Below, piece by piece: positions 11,392-21,432 of a DNA stretch of 64,000 nt. The stretch spans positions 736,001 to 800,000 of the forward strand of contig CAWDML010000009.1 in assembly GCA_963803435.1 (NCBI GenBank), written 5' to 3'. Both the position numbers and the translations under genes were made by a program. The notes below the pieces were generated by a model. The model was not told the origin of the DNA, did not search any database, and was given only the letters and a program-made list of their open reading frames with translations. This DNA is from an uncultured delta proteobacterium (lineage in GTDB: Bacteria; Myxococcota; Kuafuiibacteriia; Kuafuiibacteriales; Kuafuiibacteriaceae). How positions within the stretch are numbered: position 1 is the first letter of the stretch; each line of letters begins with the position of its first letter.

Positions 11392-13321
11392 GGAACGCGA
11401 ACCGGCGCCGGGTCTCCGAGCGCATCGAGATGTCGATCTGACCCCCCGACCACGCCTGTGATACCTGCGGCAGGGCCTCGCCGATCGTCCAGTCCTCCGG
11501 CAACGTCACCCGCACGACCACGTGGACCTGGCGCGGAACACCGAGCACCAGCGGCGAGCGGCGAACCTCCCGCAGCGTCTCCTCGGGCCGGCCCACCAGC
11601 CGTCCGACCCGCACGAAGACCTCCGTCTCCTCGCCGGTCACCAGGGCCTTTTCGTTGACGTTCCCCTTGATCGTGAGCGGTCGTCGCAGCTCGTTGAGGT
11701 CGGCGATGCTGACGCTCTCGACCGGCAGGCCGCCCCCGCGCATCCGCAGGAACGACGAGACCACCTGCGCATAGTCCTCCGGCTCGGCCGCCGAGAGCTG
11801 GCCGCGCAGCTCGCCGGCCTCGGCCCCCGTCATCACGGCCTCCAGCGAGCCGAACAGGTCGCCGCGCTTGTCGAGCTCGAGCGTGTACGTGATCTCGCTC
11901 GTCGAGCTGTCGGGCTTGGAGGGAGGTACCTTCACCACCTCAGCGATGTCGTCGCGGAGCACGACCATCCGCGTCCCCTGCAGGCCGGGCGACGGCACGC
12001 TCTCGCTCACCGTCAGCTGCGACGGATCCAGCACCATCAACCCCTCCGGCCGCGGCACCACCGCGACCACACCGGTCAGGCTGACGACGGTCGCCGCGTC
12101 CGGCGAGATGACGTCGTCCTCCCGCGTCGCCACCAGCGCGGGAAACGCCTGGATGCCCGCGGCCCGGAGGAGCGCCGTCAGCAGCAGTCCACGGCTGCTC
12201 CGGTTGCCCACCTTGCTCCTCAGCACCTCCTCCGGCGGAGGCAGGTTCGCGCGCCACATGGGGACCCGCTGGGCCTCCCATCCTAGATCCTTTGCGATGA
12301 CCTCCTGGAGCTTGAGCGCCTTCTCCTCGACGGAGACCTCCCCGGCCACCCGCTTCGCCTCCGCGACCATGGACGCAGGCAGGCTCGCCCACTCGGGCAC
12401 CCGGGCGACGAACCACTTCTCCACGTCGTCCCAGGAGCGAAAGCCGGTGATCGTCTGATTCGCCAGCTGCGCCGACAGGAAGATCACGTGCGCCCGCGGC
12501 GCCAGCAGGTCGCGCGACGGCATCCCTGGCTCGTCGAAGCGGGCCGGCACGTCGGACACCGACCAGAAGAACCTGGTCCCTTCGGGCGTATCGAAGCGCT
12601 CCGGCGCCCGATCCACGAACTCGCCGTCCTCGGTGTAGCGGACGTCGACCTCGAAGCCCGGCGGCGCCACCACCGCATATTCGGAGCGCACGGTCGGGAG
12701 CTCCGACTCGAACACCCACGGCTCCACGAACCGCAGATCCGGCACGTACAGGTCGTAGGTGTACTCCACGATCGACCCGGGCGGGACCGCGGGAAGGTCG
12801 AGCCTCTTGAGCCGGCGCCCGCGCGCCTCGTCGAGCTCGTCCGTGGTCTCGCCGACGTCGGCGTCGACCGTGTCGCCGTTCGGTCCCACCGCCCGGACGA
12901 TCAAGCCGTACACGACCTCGCCGGGGTTATAGGGCACGACGATGTGTCCGAGCGTGGCGCCCGACGCTCGCAGCACCTTCACGCGCCGGTAGCGGCGCAG
13001 CCGTCCGATCGGAAACGCCCGCGCCGGATCGACGGTGAGGAACAGCGTCCCCCGATCCAGCAGCACCACGCCGCCGACGTCCGGATATTCCTCCGGCGAC
13101 GGCGAGACGCGGGCCTCGAAGCGCTCGAACTCCGGCTGCGGGAGCGACGCGCCGCACCCGGCCGCGAACAGGATCGCGAGCACGCCGACCACGGTCCGGT
13201 GGTGCCCGTTGCGGCTGAGAGCCGCTCCAAAAACCGCTCCGCGCTCGCCGTTTCGGTCGTTCTGTTCCCGGATCGAACAGCGAATGACAGCACGACGAAA
13301 CAGCAAACGCGGACTAGTCAT
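11252..13321 (-). CDS. DUF3857/transglutaminase-like domain lipoprotein (start uncertain)
   Basis: Lipobox LFAAGC, DUF3857-like segment (LPAVPPGSIVEYTY), transglutaminase-like core (LLLTALLRAAGI ... LDPS). Confidence 0.75.
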   Translation of the reverse strand: MTSPRLLFRRAVIRCSIREQNDRNGERGAVFGAALSRNGHHRTVVGVLAILFAAGCGASLPQPEFERFEARVSPSPEEYPDVGGVVLLDRGTLFLTVDPARAFPIGRLRRYRRVKVLRASGATLGHIVVPYNPGEVVYGLIVRAVGPNGDTVDADVGETTDELDEARGRRLKRLDLPAVPPGSIVEYTYDLYVPDLRFVEPWVFESELPTVRSEYAVVAPPGFEVDVRYTEDGEFVDRAPERFDTPEGTRFFWSVSDVPARFDEPGMPSRDLLAPRAHVIFLSAQLANQTITGFRSWDDVEKWFVARVPEWASLPASMVAEAKRVAGEVSVEEKALKLQEVIAKDLGWEAQRVPMWRANLPPPEEVLRSKVGNRSSRGLLLTALLRAAGIQAFPALVATREDDVISPDAATVVSLTGVVAVVPRPEGLMVLDPSQLTVSESVPSPGLQGTRMVVLRDDIAEVVKVPPSKPDSSTSEITYTLELDKRGDLFGSLEAVMTGAEAGELRGQLSAAEPEDYAQVVSSFLRMRGGGLPVESVSIADLNELRRPLTIKGNVNEKALVTGEETEVFVRVGRLVGRPEETLREVRRSPLVLGVPRQVHVVVRVTLPEDWTIGEALPQVSQAWSGGQIDISMRSETRRRFAFLRTETRTAIEVGPRSYPEYRRFREDVRVAEDQVFAIQRPPPKTLEY

Positions 13322-13850
13322 GGATCTTCCAACGCACGAGATCGGCGGGTGTGTCCAGATCGGCCAGCACCGATCGGTCCCACGCCACCCGATCCGCGTC
13401 CTCGAGGAGCGCGCGGAGCCCTCCGCTCGGACGTGCACGGATCGCCGGCCAGAGCGCCCGCGGTACCAGGACCGGGTGCCCGGGTGTCTCCTCGAACGCC
13501 AGCACGCGCGGCCGGTCCGTGGCCGCGATCAGGGCCTGGATCCCCTCGATGCTCGTGAACGGCGCGTCGACCGGCTGGACCACGACGGCCTCGATCCCCG
13601 CAGGCAAGCCTTCGATCCCGCGCGCGAGCGAGTCGATCATCTCCCCGTCCGGATCGCCGTCGACGAGCCGGGCCCCGACCGCGAGGTCCGCGAGCGCCGC
13701 CGGTCCCACCACCAGGATCGGATCGAGCCCGGCCGCGCCGAAGATCCGGACCAGCCGGACCAGCGCCGCTTCGCCGTCGATCGAGATCCGCGCCTTGCTC
13801 CGCCCCATCCGGGAGGCGTGTCCCGCCGCCAGCAGGATCCCTGCGATCAC
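13314..13850 (-). CDS. Molybdenum cofactor nucleotidyltransferase (MocA/MobA-like)
   Basis: GILLAAGHASRMGRSK, PVDAP, GHPVL, DLDTPADL. GTGA-coupled to xdhC. Confidence 0.85.
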   Translation of the reverse strand: MIAGILLAAGHASRMGRSKARISIDGEAALVRLVRIFGAAGLDPILVVGPAALADLAVGARLVDGDPDGEMIDSLARGIEGLPAGIEAVVVQPVDAPFTSIEGIQALIAATDRPRVLAFEETPGHPVLVPRALWPAIRARPSGGLRALLEDADRVAWDRSVLADLDTPADLVRWKIHD

Positions 13851-14647
13851 GCGCTCCTCTTGTCCTCGAGCCGCGCCTCCTCCGAGAGCGCGATCCCGCG
13901 CCGCCGCGCGATCAGCTCGCCCAGGATCGACACCGCGATCTCCTCTGGTGTCTCCGCGCCGATCGCGACACCCACCGGAGAGCGCACGCGGGCGATGAGC
14001 GCCTCGTCGAAACCCTTGGCGCGCAGGCGCTCCCGCGTCAGATGCGCCTTGCGGCGGCTCCCGATCATCCCGAGCCAGCGGAAGGGCCGCTTCAGCGCCT
14101 TCTCTACCAACCGCTGGTCGAGCGCGTGATCGTGGGTCGTCACCATGACGAACACCTCGTCCGACCAGGGCAGGCCGGGATCGTCGAGGTCCGGGTGGAT
14201 CGCTCGCGCCTCCGGGAGGCGCGCCTCGCTCAGGAGCTCCTCGCGCTCGTCCGCGACGTGGACCACGAACCCGGCCTGCGCCGCCATCCGCGTCAGCGCG
14301 GTCCCTACGTGACCTGCGCCGAACACGATCAACCGAGGCGCCGCAATCACCGGCTCGATGAAGAGGGCGATCGATCCGCCGCAGCACATCCCGAGCTCCT
14401 GTGTCAGCTTGTGCTCGATGAAGCGCGGGCGCTGGTCCTCGATCGCCCCCAGCGCTTCCTCGATCGCCGTCTGCTCGATCCGGCCGCCACCGATCGTCCC
14501 TTCGATCGATCCGTCGGGATGCACCAGCATGCGCGCGCCCGGCTCGCGCGGCGTGGATCCGGTGGCGCGCACCACAGTGACGACGGCAGCGCGCGCGCCG
14601 CCGGCCTCGATCTCGGCCACCCGCCGGAAGATCGATCCCCGATCCAT
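13847..14647 (-). CDS. xdhC: Xanthine dehydrogenase accessory protein XdhC
   Basis: GSTPREPGARM, GTIGGG, LGMCCGG, FGAGHVG, THDHALD, GMIGSRRK, PEEIAVSI. Confidence 0.92.
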   Translation of the reverse strand: MDRGSIFRRVAEIEAGGARAAVVTVVRATGSTPREPGARMLVHPDGSIEGTIGGGRIEQTAIEEALGAIEDQRPRFIEHKLTQELGMCCGGSIALFIEPVIAAPRLIVFGAGHVGTALTRMAAQAGFVVHVADEREELLSEARLPEARAIHPDLDDPGLPWSDEVFVMVTTHDHALDQRLVEKALKRPFRWLGMIGSRRKAHLTRERLRAKGFDEALIARVRSPVGVAIGAETPEEIAVSILGELIARRRGIALSEEARLEDKRSA

Positions 14648-14694
14648 GTCTCTAGCCTGCCTCCACCCAGGAGCCGCCGGTCAAGCGTTGCCGG

Positions 14695-15240
14695 CTATTT
14701 CTGCCCGCGCGCCTGCTCCTGAACCTCGACGAGCTTCTGCTTGAACATGTCGTTGTCGCGCTCGAACAGCAGCGCGGTCTGAAGATCTCGCGCGGCGGCC
14801 TTGAAGTCCCCCCGGCTGATGTTCTCCTGCGCCTTCTTCCACAGGTTGCGCCCCTGCGCCGTCTTTCCCTGCTCCTGCTGCTTCTCGATCCGCGCCTCGT
14901 GCTCCATCTCCTCGTTGTAGCGAAGCTTCTTGGGGCGCTCCGGGCTCATGATGTCCCGCGTGTACTTGGAGCGCTTCTGGGCGTCGCGCAGGATCACGTA
15001 CGCCTCGGCCACGCGCTTCGCGATCTTGTTGACGGCCTCTTTGAGCTCCGCGTCTGGCGAGCTGTAGAACGAGTCCGGGTGATAGTTCCGCTGCAGCTGG
15101 TGGTACTTCGCCTTCAGCTCGTCCAGCGGCGCCTCGACGGACGAGCCGAGCACCTGGAAGTAGTCGAGCTGATCGAGGTTCTGTGCGATGAGCTTCGTCT
15201 CCGCCGCCCAGTGCGGGTGGACGTTTGGATCATCGGCCAC
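14695..15240 (-). CDS. J-domain co-chaperone with C-terminal TPR-like helices
   Basis: DYFQVLG ... YHPD ... AEAYVILRD. Lies directly downstream of the Hsp70 gene. Confidence 0.85.
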   Translation of the reverse strand: MADDPNVHPHWAAETKLIAQNLDQLDYFQVLGSSVEAPLDELKAKYHQLQRNYHPDSFYSSPDAELKEAVNKIAKRVAEAYVILRDAQKRSKYTRDIMSPERPKKLRYNEEMEHEARIEKQQEQGKTAQGRNLWKKAQENISRGDFKAAARDLQTALLFERDNDMFKQKLVEVQEQARGQK

Positions 15241-15259
15241 GGCTCAGCCTCCAAAATGC

Positions 15260-16834
15260 TCAGCGGTTGCTGACGACCATCTCCTGGTTCCGCTCCATCG
15301 CCTCGTTGACGTCGTCCTCGGTGAGGCCGGAGCTGAGGCTGATGATCGTGCTCGCCTGCGCGCCGGTCTCCACGTCGCGCGCCGAGACGTTGACGATCCC
15401 GTCCGTATCGATCTCGAACGTCACCTCGATCGTGACCTCGCCCCGGGACGCCACGCGAAAGCCGGCGAACTCGAACTCACCCAGCAGCACGTTGTCCTGC
15501 GCCAGGTTGGACTCGCCCTGGTAGATCTTGATCTTCACCCGCTCCTGGTTGTCGGCGGCCGTGGTGAAGCAGCGCGTCCGATCGATCGGGATCGGCGTGT
15601 TCTTCTCGATGATCTTCTCGGTGTACCCGCCGACCGTGGCCAGGCGCAGCGTGAGCGGCGTGACGTCCAGGAGGTACGTCGACTGCTGCGAGTCGAGCAA
15701 CGCGTGCGCCTGGATCGCCGCGCCCATCGCCACCACCTCGTCGGGATCGACGTCGGTCAGCGGCTGCTTCTGGAAGTAGTGACGGACCGAGCTCCGGATG
15801 ATCGGCAGGCGCGTCGGCCCGCCCACCAGGATCACGCAGTCGATGTCCGACGCGGTGATCCGCGCGGACTGGAGCGCCTCGTCGCAGACCTTGAAGGTGC
15901 GCTGAACCAGATCCATCACCATCTGGTTGAACTCGGCGCGCGAGAGCGTCGTCGAGAAGTCGAGCGAGTATCCGTTCTCATCCGTGTAGATGAGCGGAAT
16001 GTGGATCTGCACCACCTCGTGCTCCGAAAGCCCGATCTTCGCCTTCTCAGCGGCCTCCTTGAGCTTCTGCAGCGCATATTTGTCTTGTCGCAGGTCGACG
16101 CCCTGCTGCTGCTGAAAGGAGTCGGCGAGCCAGTGCATGATGCGATCGTCGAAGTCGTCGCCCCCCAGGTAGGTGTCGCCGGCCGTCGAGATCACCTCGA
16201 AGACGTCGTCGCCGATGTCGAGGATCGAGATGTCGAAGGTGCCGCCGCCCAGGTCGTAGAGCGCCACGCGCTGGTGGTAGCCCTGACCGAAGCCGTACGT
16301 GAGCGCGGCCGCAGTCGGCTCGTTGATGATCCGCAGGACCTCGAGCCCGGCGATCTTCCCCGCGTCCTTGGTGGCTTGACGCTGGTTGTCATTGAAGTAC
16401 GCCGGCACCGTGATCACGGCCTTGTTGACGGTCTCACCCGTGTGGTTCTCGACGATCTGCCTCATCTCCTTCAACACGATCGCCGCCACCTCGGGCGGCG
16501 AGTACAGCGTGTCTCGGATGCGAATGCGCACGGAGTTGTTCGGCCCCTCGACGAGGTTGTACGGGACCACGCTCCGCGCTTTCCGCACCTCCTCGGAGAA
16601 GAAGAAGCGTCCGATCAAGCGCTTGGCCGAATAGACGGTATTCTCCGGGTTGGTGATGATCTGCTTCTTGGCGTCGTTCCCGACGAGGACGCGGCCATCG
16701 TCCATGAAAGAGACGACCGACGCATGCGTCCGCTCACCCCACTCGTTTGGAATGACGGTCGGAACGCCCTCCTCGATGATCGCCACGCAGCTGTAGCTGG
16801 TGCCGAGGTCGATGCCCATGGCGAGCTCGGTCAA
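15260..16834 (-). CDS. Hsp70/DnaK paralog lacking most of the C-terminal lid (524 aa)
   Basis: [54 protein letters not shown]. Confidence 0.93.
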   Translation of the reverse strand: MTELAMGIDLGTSYSCVAIIEEGVPTVIPNEWGERTHASVVSFMDDGRVLVGNDAKKQIITNPENTVYSAKRLIGRFFFSEEVRKARSVVPYNLVEGPNNSVRIRIRDTLYSPPEVAAIVLKEMRQIVENHTGETVNKAVITVPAYFNDNQRQATKDAGKIAGLEVLRIINEPTAAALTYGFGQGYHQRVALYDLGGGTFDISILDIGDDVFEVISTAGDTYLGGDDFDDRIMHWLADSFQQQQGVDLRQDKYALQKLKEAAEKAKIGLSEHEVVQIHIPLIYTDENGYSLDFSTTLSRAEFNQMVMDLVQRTFKVCDEALQSARITASDIDCVILVGGPTRLPIIRSSVRHYFQKQPLTDVDPDEVVAMGAAIQAHALLDSQQSTYLLDVTPLTLRLATVGGYTEKIIEKNTPIPIDRTRCFTTAADNQERVKIKIYQGESNLAQDNVLLGEFEFAGFRVASRGEVTIEVTFEIDTDGIVNVSARDVETGAQASTIISLSSGLTEDDVNEAMERNQEMVVSNR

Positions 16835-17097
16835 TGATCAGCCCCTCTCCCCACGCATTAAGCGGTGGACCGGGCTATAGCACAAGCCCGGCGCAAAAAA
16901 TCCAGGCCCGCGAGACCATGTGGTTTGCTCGGCTCTGATGCCGCACTCGACCGGGACCTTGCGCCCGCCCGATCGCCGCCCGTAGACTGAGATTGTCCAC
17001 GCGCTCCTTGCAGCTATTGAACCACCGGAGGCGCAGGGCTGCGCTCACGTTGGAACGAATGGTCTCGTCCCGCGCGTTCTCCGACTGAGGGATTGGA

Positions 17098-17919
17098 ATG
17101 GTCTACTTGTTGGCCGCGATTGCGAACGACGCCGAATACACGCCGGCGCTCCTCCATGCGCTCGGTGCGGAGCTGGCCGTCCCCGAGTCGATCCCGGATC
17201 AGGATGAGATCTGGGGGATCGGCTACTACGCCGACAACCGGGCCCTCATCATCCGGAAGCCGGCCGACATCCTGCCGAGGCGGAGCTTCTACGAGCTGTC
17301 GCCCAACCTGACGAGCCGCGTGGTCCTGGCCACCATCGAGCGGGACCCGCCGGGCCTCGAGCGCAGCCCGCCGTACCGCTTCCGCCGGTGGCTCTTCGCC
17401 TCGACTGGGAACCTGTCCCCGCTGGGCGATCTGACCGAGCGCATCCAGGACAAGCTCCCCGACTTCGTCCGCACCGACGCCGCCGGCAAGGGTGGGCCCG
17501 GCTTGGCCTTCGCGATGTTCCTGGCCGAGCTCCACCGCGGCGGGCTCCTCGACGATCCCATGGCCGCCCCCCAGGCGCTGGCCGAGGCGCTGGGCCGAAC
17601 GTCGCAGACGATCGCCCGGCTCTCCACCGAAGCGAACCAGGATCCGGTGGCGGCCTCCTACGTGGCCACGAACGGCAAGCACCTGCTCCTGGCCGGCGGC
17701 GGCGTCCGGATCTACTGGAAGGAGCAGCGCGGGCTCGAATCGCTCCCGGAAGGCCCGCCCGATCCCGCGCTCACCGACTTCAAGCAGATCGCCGAGGCGC
17801 TCAAGCGGTTCCGCGCGATCGTGGTGGCGCGGGACGTCGGGACCAGCGCGGGCTGGAACCCGATCGAGAGCGGCGACCTCTACCACGTCTCCCCGACTCT
17901 GCAGGTGACCAAGGTCTGA
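17098..17919 (+). CDS. Class II glutamine amidotransferase (Ntn)-like protein without N-terminal Cys
   Basis: WGIGYY and PYRFRRWLFASTG match the GATase_4-like DGWGIG and PFRxxxWLFAHNG motifs. The protein begins MVYLL rather than MC. Confidence 0.65.
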   Translation: MVYLLAAIANDAEYTPALLHALGAELAVPESIPDQDEIWGIGYYADNRALIIRKPADILPRRSFYELSPNLTSRVVLATIERDPPGLERSPPYRFRRWLFASTGNLSPLGDLTERIQDKLPDFVRTDAAGKGGPGLAFAMFLAELHRGGLLDDPMAAPQALAEALGRTSQTIARLSTEANQDPVAASYVATNGKHLLLAGGGVRIYWKEQRGLESLPEGPPDPALTDFKQIAEALKRFRAIVVARDVGTSAGWNPIESGDLYHVSPTLQVTKV

Positions 17920-17928
17920 ACGCGCACC

Positions 17929-17957
17929 TTGCTTCCTTTGCCCCGAGACTCTACGTT
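17929..17957 (+). promoter_or_regulatory. Putative sigma70-type promoter for the response regulator operon
   Basis: TTGCTT-N17-TACGTT upstream of the ATG at 17976. Confidence 0.4.
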
Positions 17958-17975
17958 TTCCCTCGCGGCTGAGGC

Positions 17976-19397
17976 ATGAGCGCGGGGACCGTCCTCATCG
18001 TCGAGCCCAATCCCGGGATCCTGATCGTTGCACGCAACGTCTTGGCCCGCGCAGGGTTCCAAGTCCTGGCGGCGCACGATGCCGCCGAGGGCGTCGCTCT
18101 ATCTCGGCGCATCGGCCCCGACGTCATCCTGGTCGACAGCAAGCAGGCCAACGCCCAGGTCCTCGAGGCTCTCTCGGGGGCGCGCGGGGAGGGCGTCCCG
18201 ATCATCCTCACGGTCCAAAAAGGTCGCGACGCCGTCACCCTCGAGTCCATCGACGTCCCTGCCGCCGACCCCACGGTGGACGTCGCCGAGTTCGTCGAGA
18301 AGCCGTTCGTCCCCGAGCGACTGCTCGCCTCGGTCGAGCGGGTCATGGAGCGCTGGAGCGAGCACACCGAGCCGCTCCCGACGGATCGGTCGATCCACAT
18401 CGACGACGAGCTCGGTGAGTCCTTCGAGAGCGAGAACACCGACCGCTTCCCCTTCGCCGACCTCCTCCAGCGCGACTTCGGCGAGGACGCCGACGAGACC
18501 AAGATCAACCCCGTCATCGCGCCCGTGCTCGCCGAGCGAGCGCGCCGCTTCAAGGCCTATCTCGATCAGGAAGGCGTCAAGCTCTCCGAGCACGACTTCA
18601 GCGCCTGCATGCGGGGGCTCGATCAGCTGATGGGTAACGGCCGGGACGACGATCGCCTCCCCACGGCCTTCGGCATGCTCGCCTCCCGCGGCTTCATCGA
18701 GCGCATGCCGGTCGATCAGATCCTCCAGCTGGCCGCCACCGTCGAGCCCCCAGCCTGCTGTCGCCTCGAGAATGACGGCACGACGATCGAGGTCTTCTAT
18801 CGCGGCAACGAGGTCGTCTTCGCCCGCGGCGTGAACCTCCCGGAAGGCTTCACGCTCGGCCGTCTCTTGGTGGTGCTCGGCCGAGTCGACCAGCGCATCG
18901 TCGACCGCACGCTCGAGACCAAGAACGGTACAGACAGCTTTCTCGGCCAGCGTCTGATCGCCGCCGGCGCCCTCGCGCCGGACGATCTCACCGGCGCGCT
19001 CCTCCGCCAAACCGAAGAGCTGGTCTACGAGGCCATCACCTGGAAGACCGGACGCTTCTCCGTCTTCGCTCGCACGCCGCTCCCGCGAGAGGCCGCCGAG
19101 GCCGGGATCAGCACCCATGTGCACCACCTGCTGCTGGAGGGCATGCGCCGTCTGGACGAGTGGCAGCGGATGATGGGCGAGGTCGGCGACTTTGGCACCG
19201 TCCTCTCCCGCCTCGAGCCCCTCGAGCCCGCGATCCTCGACTCGCTCCGCCCCGAGGATCGCCGCCTCCTCGAGCACGTCGATGGACGGCGCACGATCCG
19301 CGAGCTGATCTTGAGCGCTCGCCGCCCCACCTTCCACGCGTTCCGCACGCTGTACAACCTGGCAGGGCAGCGGCTGATCATCCGCGCCTCCGCGTAG
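17976..19397 (+). CDS. Atypical response regulator with DUF4388 (PatA-N-like) domain
   Basis: N-terminal receiver (VLIVEPN, ILVD, FVEKPF). C-terminal LGRLLV...LGQRLI, WKTGRF and LLLEGMRRLDEW. Confidence 0.85.
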   Translation: MSAGTVLIVEPNPGILIVARNVLARAGFQVLAAHDAAEGVALSRRIGPDVILVDSKQANAQVLEALSGARGEGVPIILTVQKGRDAVTLESIDVPAADPTVDVAEFVEKPFVPERLLASVERVMERWSEHTEPLPTDRSIHIDDELGESFESENTDRFPFADLLQRDFGEDADETKINPVIAPVLAERARRFKAYLDQEGVKLSEHDFSACMRGLDQLMGNGRDDDRLPTAFGMLASRGFIERMPVDQILQLAATVEPPACCRLENDGTTIEVFYRGNEVVFARGVNLPEGFTLGRLLVVLGRVDQRIVDRTLETKNGTDSFLGQRLIAAGALAPDDLTGALLRQTEELVYEAITWKTGRFSVFARTPLPREAAEAGISTHVHHLLLEGMRRLDEWQRMMGEVGDFGTVLSRLEPLEPAILDSLRPEDRRLLEHVDGRRTIRELILSARRPTFHAFRTLYNLAGQRLIIRASA

Positions 19398-19437
19398 CGC
19401 TCGCGGCCCGCGACAAACGCCGCGACTCTCATATATC

Positions 19438-21432
19438 GTGTCGCCCGTGCGCTCCTTCGCAGGGCTCGCCGGGCCTCGGCTCCCCCTCGCCGTCGCCGGA
19501 TTTGCCGCGCTCGCCTCCTCGACGGCGCTGGCCGTCGGAGCGCTCTGGAACGCGTTCTCCGAGGGCGCCGGCGCTCCCGAGGATGTCCTCGCCGACCACC
19601 AGGCGGCCGCCGAGCAGGCCCTCGGCGCGATCGACGAGGCCCGTGCCGAGCTCGAGTCGAGCCATGCCTCCGCCCGGAGCGCGAGAGAGCGGGCCGCCCA
19701 TCGCCGTGCCCGCGAGCTCGCGCGTGTCGCCACCGCTCGCACTGCAGAAGGCCGCCGCAAGACCGGCGCGGCCCACCTGGCGCTCCCGCCGTCCCTGCGA
19801 CCCGCGAGCGGGGAGCACCTCGGCCTGATCGATCGCGCCCACAACCGTATCCTCACGTTCGAGGGCACCGGGATCGTCGACGGCGCCACGCTCTCCACCA
19901 GCCTCCCCATGCTGGCCTCTGCAAAGGCGGGCCCCTACACGGTCGACGACGGAGGCAGCGTCTTCGCGGTCGGCGCGCCCATCGACGGCGACCTGTTCGT
20001 GATCGCGCGCGTCGACGTCGCCCGCGCCGGCCCCAGCACCGAGGCGCTCGATCGTGCCCGGCGGCTCATCGGTGACCTCGCGGCTCCCGCGATCCCGCGC
20101 TCGGGATCGACCGATCCCTCCCTCCTCCTCTTGATCGCGGCGCTGCTGGCCGCCGCCGGCGCCGGAACCTGGGCCTACCTCCGCGTGACGCGACCGATCG
20201 CCCGCGCCCTCGACGTGGGCCGGGAGTTCGTCCACGGCCGGACCGAGGTCCGCGCCGATCCCAACCTCGGTGGTCGCGAGGCCCGCGAGGTCGCCGGCGC
20301 GATCAACGCGATGATCGATCGCGCCGACCGCGCCCTGGAGAAGGGACGCGCCGCCCGCGGCGACGACCTCCAGAACGCCGTGCTCGCGATCGACCGCCTG
20401 GGAAAGGGCGATCTGCGCGACGGCATCGTCCCTCCCGGCCCGATCTTCGGACCCATCGCGCAGGCGATCGACCGCGCCCGCCGCGACCTCCTCGAGCGCG
20501 TCACCGAGATGCACCACGCCGCGATGCAGGTCGCGACGCGCGCCTCCGAGATCGCGCCGGCGGCCCGCCAGATCTCCGAGAGCTCCACCGAGCAGCTGAG
20601 CGCGCTCCGGCGCCTCTCCACGGTCTCGGAGGAGGGCGTCGAGGAGATCCGCCGCAAGGCCACCGAGCTCGAGGTCTCGGTGAACGCGCTCTCCGCCACC
20701 GCCCAGGAGCACCGCGACGCCATCCAGGAGGTCCGCGCCTCGCTCTCCGGCCTCTCGCGCCGAGTCATGGCGCTCCGCGGCACCGCCGAGGAGGCCCAGG
20801 CGCTCGGATCTCGCGCCGAGTCCGTGGATCAGGCCCTCTCGATGCTGTCGCGCCTGGCCGGACAGAGCGATGTCCCCGCGACCAAGGCCCGCGCCACGGC
20901 GCTGGTCGGCGACGCGCGCGGTGCCCTCTCCGAGATCAGCGAGAAGCTGGGATCGCTCGAGCAAGAGATGCTGCGCGCCGCCCACGGCCTCGAGATCCTG
21001 GCGCAGGCTCAGCCCGAGCCACCGGCGATGCTCGACGCCTCCGTCACCCAGCCCTTTTACGACGCCAGCTCGATCCTCGTCCGGACGATCGAGCTCACCG
21101 TCGCCTGCCTGGCGTCGCTCGAGCGCTCTGCCAAGACCGGGGCCGAGTCTGGAGAGGCGATGCAGGTCGCGGCGCGCCAGGCGGTCGACCTCGTCCCCCG
21201 CCTCGGAACGGCGCTCTCGGCGATCCGCCTCGGTACGTCCTTCGAGGAGCAGCTGCTCGAGCGACTCGAGCGCATGAAGGCCGAGGTCGAGGCCGCCCGG
21301 CGTACCGACGGCCTCACCCCCGAGGGCCAGCAGATGCTCTCCGACGTGATCGAAGCGTCCGAGACCGCCCGCGCCAAGCTCGCGCGGCTGGCCCAGGCCA
21401 CCGAGGCCGCGATCCGCGCGATGAGAGGGTGA
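19438..21432 (+). CDS. Two-TM HAMP-domain protein with degenerate methyl-accepting (MCP-like) coiled coil
   Basis: Two TM helices, HAMP (RVTRPIARA ... EAREVAGAINAM), then heptads (QVATRASEIAPAARQISESSTEQ). Confidence 0.65.
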   Translation: MSPVRSFAGLAGPRLPLAVAGFAALASSTALAVGALWNAFSEGAGAPEDVLADHQAAAEQALGAIDEARAELESSHASARSARERAAHRRARELARVATARTAEGRRKTGAAHLALPPSLRPASGEHLGLIDRAHNRILTFEGTGIVDGATLSTSLPMLASAKAGPYTVDDGGSVFAVGAPIDGDLFVIARVDVARAGPSTEALDRARRLIGDLAAPAIPRSGSTDPSLLLLIAALLAAAGAGTWAYLRVTRPIARALDVGREFVHGRTEVRADPNLGGREAREVAGAINAMIDRADRALEKGRAARGDDLQNAVLAIDRLGKGDLRDGIVPPGPIFGPIAQAIDRARRDLLERVTEMHHAAMQVATRASEIAPAARQISESSTEQLSALRRLSTVSEEGVEEIRRKATELEVSVNALSATAQEHRDAIQEVRASLSGLSRRVMALRGTAEEAQALGSRAESVDQALSMLSRLAGQSDVPATKARATALVGDARGALSEISEKLGSLEQEMLRAAHGLEILAQAQPEPPAMLDASVTQPFYDASSILVRTIELTVACLASLERSAKTGAESGEAMQVAARQAVDLVPRLGTALSAIRLGTSFEEQLLERLERMKAEVEAARRTDGLTPEGQQMLSDVIEASETARAKLARLAQATEAAIRAMRG

